DNA from: Chlamydiales bacterium | Lineage (GTDB): Bacteria > Chlamydiota > Chlamydiia > Chlamydiales > JBDQID01 | Assembly (NCBI GenBank): GCA_047611865.1 | Contig: JBLFWS010000005.1 | Span: 1 to 46,563 of the forward strand | DNA length: 46,563 nucleotides | Direction of reading: 5' to 3' | In this document: positions 18,581-26,878 of the stretch, in pieces | How positions within the stretch are numbered: position 1 is the stretch's first letter | How the letters are laid out: each line of letters opens with the position of its first letter | Made by a program: the position numbers and the translations under genes | The notes under the pieces: model-generated | Databases searched by the model: none | Seen by the model: only the letters and a program-made list of their open reading frames with translations | Told to the model about the DNA's origin: nothing

Positions 18581-18659
18581 AGAGGTTTTTTTGCCATTAA
18601 AATCAGATTTTGACATAGTGCGGTTAAAGTAAAGCCACTCTCTTGGGAACTAAGAGCCA

Positions 18660-19292
18660 ATGGAACATAGCGATTTTATAAAGTATTTAAAGGTTTTCAA
18701 GTCTCACGATGCTCTCATTATCGAAGGGCAGGATGATAAGGACTTCTATTGTCTTCTTCAAGGCAAGGTTGGAGTTTGGAAGGGAGATATTGAGGACCGA
18801 GAGTCATTGGTTAAGGTTGGGGAGATTGGAGACAAGGGGGCTTATTTTGGTGAAATGAGTTTCTTGCTGCAAGAACCCAGGACAGCGTCTATCCTAGCGG
18901 AAGAAATGGTGAAAGTGTTGAAGTTTCCTGGTGATATGCTTCCTCAAATGGTAATGAAGCAACCAAAATTGGGTTTGAAAATTTGTACGGCATTGGCCGA
19001 TAGATTGAAAGGGACCACAATTAAGCAACAGGACATTGCACAACAACGTAATATTCTTCGATCGGATGCAACCAATCAACTTTTACATGCTAAAGAGGTC
19101 TTTCAAAAGATTTTCTTTATTTTAAACGCTATTCAAAATCAATTTCAGAATCCTTTTCTCAAGGCAGCTCTTGAGTACATGAGTCAGGATAAGCTTCTTC
19201 AGGGGGGCCGAAAAATTCGGGTGAATGACAAATTTTTGCACGACCTTCCTACACGGCTTGTGGACCTTCTTAAAAAACAATATGGCGCGTAA
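18660..19292 (+). CDS. Cyclic-nucleotide-binding domain protein without an obvious HTH
   Basis: IIEGQ..FYCLLQGKV and the phosphate-binding cassette FGEMSFLLQEPRTASI. Confidence 0.85.
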   Translation: MEHSDFIKYLKVFKSHDALIIEGQDDKDFYCLLQGKVGVWKGDIEDRESLVKVGEIGDKGAYFGEMSFLLQEPRTASILAEEMVKVLKFPGDMLPQMVMKQPKLGLKICTALADRLKGTTIKQQDIAQQRNILRSDATNQLLHAKEVFQKIFFILNAIQNQFQNPFLKAALEYMSQDKLLQGGRKIRVNDKFLHDLPTRLVDLLKKQYGA

Positions 19293-19341
19293 TACTTGAC
19301 GAAGCATTAGCGCTCTGTCAATATTAGAGATGATGTTGCTT

Positions 19342-19551
19342 GGCGTTGTTGCATAAAACATGCGTCTACAAGAGGCTTATGATTAAAATTTTACCACCGA
19401 GATCACAGAGGGCACAGAGAAAATAAAAAATCACAGATCAGTTGATAGCATATTCTGAGAGACTTTATGCATTTTTCTATCTCTCTGTGTTCTCGGTGCT
19501 CTCTGTGGTTAAATAAATGATTGTAAACGTATTAAATTATGCAACAACGCC
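19342..19551 (-). mobile_element. 210-bp MITE, second full copy (inverted)
   Basis: Same TIRs; 9-bp TSD ATGTTGCTT (19333-19341 and 19552-19560). About 7 mismatches to 2014-2223 by manual alignment. Confidence 0.93.
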
Positions 19552-19600
19552 ATGTTGCTTCATCAACATTTAACTTTGACAGTTCATTAGGAGCCATTTC

Positions 19601-20098
19601 GTGATTGTTATCGGAATAGACCCAGGAACCCGTGTGACGGGGTATGGTATAGTAGAGGCTCATAATCAGATGAGAAAACTTGTTGAATATGGTTGTATTC
19701 GTCCACCCGGAAAAGCTAAGCTTTCTGAGCGTTACCACGTAATATTTAATGATATAGAATACCTGCTTAACGAGCATAAGCCTGATGTTTTAGCTGTAGA
19801 GACGCAATACGTGGATAAAAATGTACAGAGCGCCATTAAGCTTGGCATGGCGAGAGGGGTAATTATTCTTGCGGCTACTCGTAAAGGTATTCCTGTGTAC
19901 GAGTATGCGCCTACCAAAGCCAAGATGGCAGTTGTTGGAAGTGGGCGCGCAAGTAAACAGCAAGTACAGGGTATGGTAAAACTTTTACTTAATCTTCCGA
20001 CACTTCCAGAACCTGAAGATGCGGCGGACGCCTTGGCGTTAGCTTTGTGTCATCTGAATTCTATTAATCATAAACTTACTATTGGGTCAGAGATATAA
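19601..20098 (+). CDS. ruvC: Holliday junction resolvase RuvC
   Basis: GIDPG..TGYG, LAVE, ARGV and EDAADALALA motifs. Confidence 0.97.
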   Translation: MIVIGIDPGTRVTGYGIVEAHNQMRKLVEYGCIRPPGKAKLSERYHVIFNDIEYLLNEHKPDVLAVETQYVDKNVQSAIKLGMARGVIILAATRKGIPVYEYAPTKAKMAVVGSGRASKQQVQGMVKLLLNLPTLPEPEDAADALALALCHLNSINHKLTIGSEI

Positions 20099-20700
20099 TG
20101 TATGCATTTATAAAAGGAACTCTTGTCGGAAGTACGCCGGCAGTGGCAATTTTAGAAACTCATGGAGTAGGGTATAACCTTTTAGTTCCCCCCACCTACC
20201 TTTCCAAGCTTCCTCCATTGGGAGACGAAGTAACTCTATATACTTCTACCGTTGTTAGAGAAAACTTTTTTAAGCTTTATGGGTTTCTTTCTATACAGGA
20301 GCGAGAGTTGTTTGAGACTTTAATTGAGGTTTCAGGAGTAGGTCCAAAAACAGCACTGGGAGTTATTGGGATATTATCTCCTTCAGCACTCTGTGAAGCT
20401 GTTAGGAGTGGAAATATTTTGACCATCACAAAAGTTCCAGGCATTGGCAAAAAGACGGCAGAGCGTTTGATAATGGAGGTGCGAGATAAGCTTCCATCTT
20501 TAATTCAATTAGATGATTCAGATCCTGTTGGAATGACCGGAAACAAGCAGACAATTCTTGATGCGATAAATGCTTTAGTAAATTTGGGTTATAATCAAGC
20601 AGCCGCTCAGCAAGCAATAAAGAAAACGTTAATAGGGATGGACGAGGATAAAGTACAACTTCCCATACTTATTACTTCGGCTCTACAGCATGTGAGATAA
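20098..20700 (+). CDS. ruvA: Holliday junction branch migration protein RuvA
   Basis: GVGY, LYGF, VSGVGPKTAL, VPGIGKKTAERL and ALVNLGY motifs. Confidence 0.97.
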   Translation: MYAFIKGTLVGSTPAVAILETHGVGYNLLVPPTYLSKLPPLGDEVTLYTSTVVRENFFKLYGFLSIQERELFETLIEVSGVGPKTALGVIGILSPSALCEAVRSGNILTITKVPGIGKKTAERLIMEVRDKLPSLIQLDDSDPVGMTGNKQTILDAINALVNLGYNQAAAQQAIKKTLIGMDEDKVQLPILITSALQHVR

Positions 20701-20719
20701 GGGTTTGGGGGGCTTTGGG

Positions 20720-21334
20720 CTATATCCAAGAGCAGATAGGGCATTTTTTTGGATCGTGGCTACGGGCGGGACAATGTTCTCTTCCGAAGAAGATGATTTG
20801 TAGGTGGAGTTTGTTCCAGTATTTTTTAGCGAAGGTTTTTTTTAGGTCCTCTTCAGTCTTGACCACATTTTTCCCATCACTAAGCCCCCACCTTTTTGCT
20901 AAACGGTGAATATGCGTATCTACCGGGAAGGCATCGTGACCAAATGCTTGTGACATTACTACAGAAGCTGTTTTGTGCCCTACTCCAGGAAGGGCTTCTA
21001 GTTTTTTGAAGGATTCGGGAACTTTTCCTTCGTGCTCTTCGATGATAATACGTGAGAGTTCCCAGATGGCCTTAGACTTACGAGGAGCAAGGCCGCAGGG
21101 TCTGATGATGTCTTCGATTTCTTTTGCATCAAGTTCTATCATCTTATAGGGACTGTCTGCTTTGGCAAATAGTTTGGGAGTGATTTGATTGACTCTTTCA
21201 TCGGTGCATTGTGCTGACAGGAGTACAGCGACTAAGAGGGTATAGTTGTCGATGTGCTTTAAAGGGATGGGAGTTTCAGGGTAGAGCTCTTGAAGAATGA
21301 CTCGCACTTTTTCGGCTTTTTCTTTGAGGCGCAT
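20720..21334 (-). CDS. nth: Endonuclease III
   Basis: LLSAQCTDERVN, HhH LPGVGHKTA and PVDTH motifs. Confidence 0.96.
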   Translation of the reverse strand: MRLKEKAEKVRVILQELYPETPIPLKHIDNYTLLVAVLLSAQCTDERVNQITPKLFAKADSPYKMIELDAKEIEDIIRPCGLAPRKSKAIWELSRIIIEEHEGKVPESFKKLEALPGVGHKTASVVMSQAFGHDAFPVDTHIHRLAKRWGLSDGKNVVKTEEDLKKTFAKKYWNKLHLQIIFFGREHCPARSHDPKKCPICSWI

Positions 21335-21336
21335 AG

Positions 21337-22713
21337 CTATTTTCCGATACAGAAAGATGAGAAAATGGAAGATAGAACATCTTCTGTAATATTTGTACCG
21401 ATGATTTTTCCTAATTCACTTAAACATTGCCGCATGTCCATAGAGAGGAATTCTGGAGAAACGTCGGTGGCGAGGCCGTTGATCACATTGTCGCAGGACT
21501 CAATGGCTTTACTTAGTGCATCCTTATGTCGGATGTTTGTAATAATAAGTTCTTCTTTTGATGGCGGTCCATGTTCCCAAATAACTTTATCGATGCTTGA
21601 GTGGAGTTCTTGAAGACCGGTTTTTTCGAGAGCGGAGATCTTTACGGTATGCTTAAAGGGCAAGTTCGGAAGATCCTTATGAGGAAGATCCATCTTGTTC
21701 CAGATAGCGATGCTTTTTTCAGGTGGAATTGCTGCGCAAAGGGCTTTGTCATCCTCTTGTAAACCTTTTTTGCTATCGAGTACGAAGAGTATTAGGTCGG
21801 CTTCTAGCATAGCTTTTTTGGATCTCCTAATTCCTTCAACTTCGACAATTTCTGTAGTATCGCGAATTCCTGCAGTATCAATGAGGCGGAGGTTCAGTCC
21901 ATTTAGACGCAAGCTGTCTTCGAGAATGTCCCGGGTTGTACCAGGAATATGAGTAACGATAGCTCGGTCTTTGTCGAGGAGAGCGTTCATAAGAGAGGAC
22001 TTTCCCACATTGGGGCAGCCGACAAGACAAAGGGTCATCCCATCATGAAGAATTTTTCCGTCGTGGAAAGAAGCCTCAAGTTCTTGCATCTGGTTTCGAG
22101 TATTGGTGAGGTCTTCGCTAACTTTTTCCATGGGAGAAAAAGCAATGTCTTCTTCCGGGAAGTCTACCCAAGCTTCAAGCATCGCAGCAATATCAAAGAG
22201 ATTTGTTTGAAAGGATGCAATTTTTTTGGAGAGTTTACCCTCAAGGTGATTTTCAGCAGCTTGTAAGGCCATGTCATTTTTTGCTGAAATCAATTCCTGG
22301 ATAGCTTCAGCTTGTGAGAGGTCTATTTTCCCGTTGATAAAAGCTTTGAAAGAGAATTCCCCGGGGCGGGCTGCTCGGGCTCCGGCATGAATTGCGACTT
22401 CCAAAACCTGTCGAGAAACGAGGCTTCCGCCGTGACAATGGATCTCTACTGTATCTTCTCCACAAAAAGAACGCTTTCCTAACATAACGAGAGCTAGGGC
22501 TTCATCTACGGGGCTGCCATTGGAGGTGACTATCTTACCTAGGTGGGCGGTATGGGATTTATAGGATCTGATAGGACCGGTGAAAATCTTATCGGCAATG
22601 AGTAGGGCTTTATCGCCCGAAATTCTAATAATGGCAATACCACCTTCTCCGGGGGGAGTAGCAATGGCTGCTATAGTTTCCCCGGGTTGGTAGGGAGTGT
22701 GAACAAATTCCAT
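21337..22713 (-). CDS. mnmE: tRNA modification GTPase MnmE
   Basis: TIAAIATPPGEGG, GCPNVGKSS, GTTRD, DTAG, NKMD and terminal FCIGK. Confidence 0.98.
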   Translation of the reverse strand: MEFVHTPYQPGETIAAIATPPGEGGIAIIRISGDKALLIADKIFTGPIRSYKSHTAHLGKIVTSNGSPVDEALALVMLGKRSFCGEDTVEIHCHGGSLVSRQVLEVAIHAGARAARPGEFSFKAFINGKIDLSQAEAIQELISAKNDMALQAAENHLEGKLSKKIASFQTNLFDIAAMLEAWVDFPEEDIAFSPMEKVSEDLTNTRNQMQELEASFHDGKILHDGMTLCLVGCPNVGKSSLMNALLDKDRAIVTHIPGTTRDILEDSLRLNGLNLRLIDTAGIRDTTEIVEVEGIRRSKKAMLEADLILFVLDSKKGLQEDDKALCAAIPPEKSIAIWNKMDLPHKDLPNLPFKHTVKISALEKTGLQELHSSIDKVIWEHGPPSKEELIITNIRHKDALSKAIESCDNVINGLATDVSPEFLSMDMRQCLSELGKIIGTNITEDVLSSIFSSFCIGK

Positions 22714-22716
22714 AAA

Positions 22717-23583
22717 TTAACTTTTAAAGGCAAAAATGTTTTTGATTGTAGAGGAAAAGTCTTTGAATTTCATTTTAAAGGATCGCTCATTATAAAACTG
22801 CTCTAAATCCGTGATCCAATCTCTGGCATGGTTATAGCGGCTTTTTCTTGGAGCGAGAGATTTCATAATAATATTTTCAAGGGAAGGGTGGATGTCTTTC
22901 ATAAATTTGGAAGGAAAAGGGATGGCGCCATTACGGGCATCTTCAGTTTTAGTGTAGTTAGAGGGGTAAGGTAGCTCTCCAGTGACTAGTTCGTGAAGGA
23001 TAACGCCCATGGAGTAAATATCCGTTTTTCTGTCTGCAGAGGCTCCCCTGAGTTGTTCAGGAGACATGTAAGGAAGATGAACGATATTTGCGATATTTCG
23101 AGACTCTTGCTTGGGTCGTGCATTAATGAAGCCTTCCAGGTGAACGGTATTGGAGTGTGAAATACGAAGGTGTGCGGTATTAATATTGCGATGGGTTACC
23201 TGTGCATCATGGATGTAGGCAATGATTTCTAGAGCATCCATGAAGAAGTTGATGGTCGTATACAAATATTCGGTGGGATCTTTAATTTCCTCAAGAATTC
23301 TTTTGATGGGGAGCGAGGGGAGGGATTCGTGTGTGTAGAAAAACAAATTGTTGGGTAAGGTTCCATAGTCGATTGCAGTCACTAGGGTTGGGAGGAGGAG
23401 CTTTCTGGAGATACGAGCGCGTTTTATTAGGGCGGTAAGGTCTCGACCTGGTCCTACGGAGATAACGGTAATGAAGACATCTTTTCCGGACTTCAGATGA
23501 AGAGCACTGTAAATCGTTCGCAAACCAATTTGATCAATTGCGCGAATGATTTTATAACCTTTGACAACAATATTAGTAGTCAT
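22717..23583 (-). CDS. Ser/Thr kinase-fold protein, probable pseudokinase
   Basis: Retains YMSPEQ, DIYSMGVILHELVTGELPY and subdomain XI Arg; catalytic motifs are altered. Confidence 0.85.
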   Translation of the reverse strand: MTTNIVVKGYKIIRAIDQIGLRTIYSALHLKSGKDVFITVISVGPGRDLTALIKRARISRKLLLPTLVTAIDYGTLPNNLFFYTHESLPSLPIKRILEEIKDPTEYLYTTINFFMDALEIIAYIHDAQVTHRNINTAHLRISHSNTVHLEGFINARPKQESRNIANIVHLPYMSPEQLRGASADRKTDIYSMGVILHELVTGELPYPSNYTKTEDARNGAIPFPSKFMKDIHPSLENIIMKSLAPRKSRYNHARDWITDLEQFYNERSFKMKFKDFSSTIKNIFAFKS

Positions 23584-23739
23584 TTATAAGTTACCCTTTC
23601 TGATTTTTGAATAATCTTTCATTTGTCTTTAGTTTATAATGAAGATTCATTTAAGTGAAGAAATTATGCTTAAGCATTCCTTTTTAGGAAGATTCAATAT
23701 TATCCATAGCTTGCCAAAACATTATCTAAAGCCTACCAC

Positions 23740-24654
23740 ATGAATAAAATACTTTATTTTGATCGTTTGACGAAGCAGATGGAAGAAGAGTCTGTTTATG
23801 GAAAACATGCTTTGGAATTTCTGTACGGTGAATCCTGGATTAGTCGAATCTTTGGTCGAGCTCTCCTTCCTTTTCTAGTGCGATATCCTTTTTTTTCGAG
23901 ATTTTACGGTGCTTGTCAGAGTTCTCCTCTGAGCGTGCGTAAGATAAAACCTTTTATTGAACACTTTGGTGTGGATGTATCAGAATTTCTTGAGCCATTA
24001 GAGAGTTTTCGCTCTTTTAATGATTTTTTCTATCGTAAGCTTAAGAAAGAGGCTCGCCCTATAGCGAAAGGAGATGATGTCGCAATAATTCCAACTGATG
24101 GGCGCTATCTGTTTTATCAAGATATTTCGGAAGCTGATGGATTTATTGTTAAGGGCAAGAAGTTTTGTTTGAAAACCCTCTTGGGGGATGAGGATCTTGC
24201 TAAGATCTATGAAGGGGGAAGCATGGTTATTGCCCGTCTTTGTCCGACAGACTACCATCGCTTTCATTTCCCTTTTTCGGGAACACCTGGGGAGAGTTGC
24301 TTGATTAATGGATGGCTAAGCTCAGTTAATCCTATGGCCCTAAAGAAAAATGTCGATATCCTGACTCAAAATAGACGATTTATTTGTCCGATTGCTTCCA
24401 TGAACTTTGGTAAAGTGCTGTTTCTTGAGATTGGAGCAACTAATGTAGGTAGTGTGTATCAAACTTATTCTGCAAAGAATTTCTATGAAAAGGGGAGCGA
24501 AAAGGGTTATTTTGCTTTTGGAGCTTCAGCTTTGATTATACTATTTGAGCCAGGGAAGATTGTTTTTGATTCTGAATTGCTTTCCCATTCTCAGAATCAT
24601 ATTGAAGTTAAATGTTTGTTGGGTCAATCCATGGGCCGGGTAAACAAAAGTTAG
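23740..24654 (+). CDS. psd: Phosphatidylserine decarboxylase proenzyme
   Basis: SFNDFFYRKLK, RLCPTDYHRFHFP, EIGATNVGS and KGYFAFGAS motifs. Confidence 0.95.
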   Translation: MNKILYFDRLTKQMEEESVYGKHALEFLYGESWISRIFGRALLPFLVRYPFFSRFYGACQSSPLSVRKIKPFIEHFGVDVSEFLEPLESFRSFNDFFYRKLKKEARPIAKGDDVAIIPTDGRYLFYQDISEADGFIVKGKKFCLKTLLGDEDLAKIYEGGSMVIARLCPTDYHRFHFPFSGTPGESCLINGWLSSVNPMALKKNVDILTQNRRFICPIASMNFGKVLFLEIGATNVGSVYQTYSAKNFYEKGSEKGYFAFGASALIILFEPGKIVFDSELLSHSQNHIEVKCLLGQSMGRVNKS

Positions 24655-24674
24655 TAATGGATTCTTCCATTGCT
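24653..24674. terminator. Hairpin immediately after psd
   Basis: AGTAATGGA-TTCT-TCCATTGCT; no clear U tract. Confidence 0.35.
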
Positions 24675-25095
24675 ATAATTCGTATCTGAAACTGCTTTTG
24701 CTAGACTCATAAAATTAGCTTGTCATGTGGTGGTTTTCTTGTCTTGAAGGATTAGTAAATTCTACTGTGAAACCCGTTTTCACCCATTCCCGGGGTAAAT
24801 CCTTCCTGTTAGACTAGTTAGTATCTCGAGTGGAAAGCTGTGGTTTTTTTGAGACCTTTTTTAACATTATTACTATTGTGGAAGAGCACATGAAGTACGA
24901 GTGTAAAGAAAAAATTTTGGAAAAATTAGTCTTTTCTTCTTTTCCTTGTTTAGTAGGAATTAAACTTTTTTGTGTGAATAGTCAAAAAAAGGCTATTTTG
25001 CTAGGAATTAATTCAAAAAGATGATAATCAAAGTTTAACCACAGATTATGAAAAAGAAGCAAAATACCCAATCATAAAAAAGAAGCGAAGAAACC

Positions 25096-26406
25096 TTGCC
25101 TTACTTGATCATATTAATAGTCATTATTCTTCTTGGTCTTGCTGCCCTTCGGGCATGGTTGATTCGACGCATCCCTTCGCAAAGTCTTATTGAAGAAGCC
25201 CAAAATAATGTAGCCCATCAGATTGCTTTGGCAAATTGGGAAGCTGCAGCTAAGCAGCTTAAGCCTTTGCAAAAGAGACGCTTGGGCGGCGCAGAGACAG
25301 CTATCTTACACGTTCAAATTCTAAGAGGTAATAAACAACTTTCTGAAGCTATTAGTTTTATTGAAGAAAGTTTGGACTTCTACCAACATAATTTTGCCTT
25401 AATTCGCGAAAGAGGAAGGTTGATGTTGGAAACGGGCGATCCTCTAGAAGCTTTGAAAGCATTTAAACAATGTGAGCCGGTTTTGCGCAGTGAAGAAGAT
25501 ATGCTTGATTTGACAACGGCTTTGTTTCAGACGGGTGATGTGGATACCGCTTGGTATTATTTACAAGATCTAGTGAAGGTTACTAGTAGTGGACGACTTC
25601 TGGCTCTTGCAGGAGATTGTCACTTTTATTTGGGCGAGTATCAAAAAGCTATTGCATACTATCAGCGTACTCAGGATACGGGTTGGAATAATTACCAGGT
25701 CTTATCTCGAATGGGTCATAGCTTAAGGAATATCGGGAAAATAGATAAAGCCGAAGATTATTTTCGCCAAATTCTTCAGAAAGATCCTGCTGATGTAGCG
25801 TCGACTCTTGGCTTGGGAGCTTGCTTGGAAGTTAGAGAGCAATATGAGGAAGCTTTACTGATCTATCAGACGGGTAAGGCTTGGGATGTGGGAGATCAGA
25901 ATATTTTACGTCAGGCAGGGATTTGTGCCGTGTACACTAAGAAGTACACTTTTGCTGAATTGTATTTGAGAGAATCGCTTAAAAGAGGGGGTAAATCACC
26001 TCAGACTTTAGCGTTCTTGGGGTACAGTCTTGAGCATCAGCAGCGCTGGCAAGAAGCGGAAAAAATATATATTAAGTTGGTAGAGGAATATCCAGATCAA
26101 ATAGCGGGATATCGTGCTCTGGCTTGGTTATATGGCGTGGGCCACAGCACGGAAATGGATGCTGAGCAAGGCCTGGCAATGGCACGTAGAGCCTTGGAGT
26201 TACAGCCGGATACAGCATCTTGGGAAATGTTGAGTGCCTGTGAAGCCCGGATTGGTAATTTTAAGACAGCTCATAACATACAGGAGAGGCTTTCGTCTCA
26301 AACAAGAGATGAGACGACAAGATTGCGTCGATGCCGCGCTATGCGTGCTCTTCGCAAAAACATGCCTTTAGATGAGCAGCACGTCGTTAGAGCACTCGTT
26401 GCATAA
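25096..26406 (+). CDS. Membrane-anchored TPR protein (CT700-like position)
   Basis: N-terminal hydrophobic helix and multiple TPR repeats; located between psd and secA as in Chlamydia. Confidence 0.85.
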   Translation: MPYLIILIVIILLGLAALRAWLIRRIPSQSLIEEAQNNVAHQIALANWEAAAKQLKPLQKRRLGGAETAILHVQILRGNKQLSEAISFIEESLDFYQHNFALIRERGRLMLETGDPLEALKAFKQCEPVLRSEEDMLDLTTALFQTGDVDTAWYYLQDLVKVTSSGRLLALAGDCHFYLGEYQKAIAYYQRTQDTGWNNYQVLSRMGHSLRNIGKIDKAEDYFRQILQKDPADVASTLGLGACLEVREQYEEALLIYQTGKAWDVGDQNILRQAGICAVYTKKYTFAELYLRESLKRGGKSPQTLAFLGYSLEHQQRWQEAEKIYIKLVEEYPDQIAGYRALAWLYGVGHSTEMDAEQGLAMARRALELQPDTASWEMLSACEARIGNFKTAHNIQERLSSQTRDETTRLRRCRAMRALRKNMPLDEQHVVRALVA

Positions 26407-26407
26407 A

Positions 26408-26569
26408 TGGAGGAGTGAATGGGAAAAGGTGGCCTCAGGTGATCATCTTGCACGCTATCTGCTTCTTTACAAATTCTTGCTGAGATGTAAACCCCGGCTA
26501 CGAATTTTCAGATCGCATCTGCCGCACAATATGAACACTCGAAGCTACCTTTTCCCATTAATGCCTCCA
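26408..26569 (-). ncRNA. Rod-shaped structured RNA candidate, 6S-like
   Basis: Long closing stem (26408-26436 with 26541-26569) plus inner stems, a central bubble and an apical hairpin. G-U pairs in the inner stems favour the minus strand. Confidence 0.55.
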
Positions 26570-26878
26570 AATTCACATTTTTTTCTTAAACGATTTTTGG
26601 TATACCGGACTGGGCCGTGTCTTCAAATGTGTGGGCAGAGAGATTTTTTTCCTGTTGAAACGTATAAATTTCAATATACTTGTAAAGGTAGGATAGATTG
26701 ATGCGTTTTTACAGGCGGGAAAAGATCCCTCTTAAAGGTAAAGCTTGTGGTAGAGTACACTATGCTTTTTTTGAGTGAAAAGGGGCCCTCTCTAGCTTGC
26801 AAGAAATGCTTTATTGGCGTAGCCTTATTTATCTAAACGTTTTATAATCTGAACTATTTCAACTATTAGGCCTTTTCC

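Noticed and set aside
19601..20700. ruvB missing beside ruvCA
   Set aside because: ruvB is unlinked in Chlamydia, so this is expected.
24830..25024. 64-aa ORF in the psd-TPR spacer
   Set aside because: AT-rich, weak start and no motif; probably promoter sequence.
26408..26569. SRP (4.5S) RNA or tRNA
   Set aside because: It lacks the SRP domain IV GNRA-capped motif and any cloverleaf structure.
26372..26701. 109-aa ORF
   Set aside because: It overlaps the TPR gene end and the structured inverted repeat, and has no protein-like motifs.
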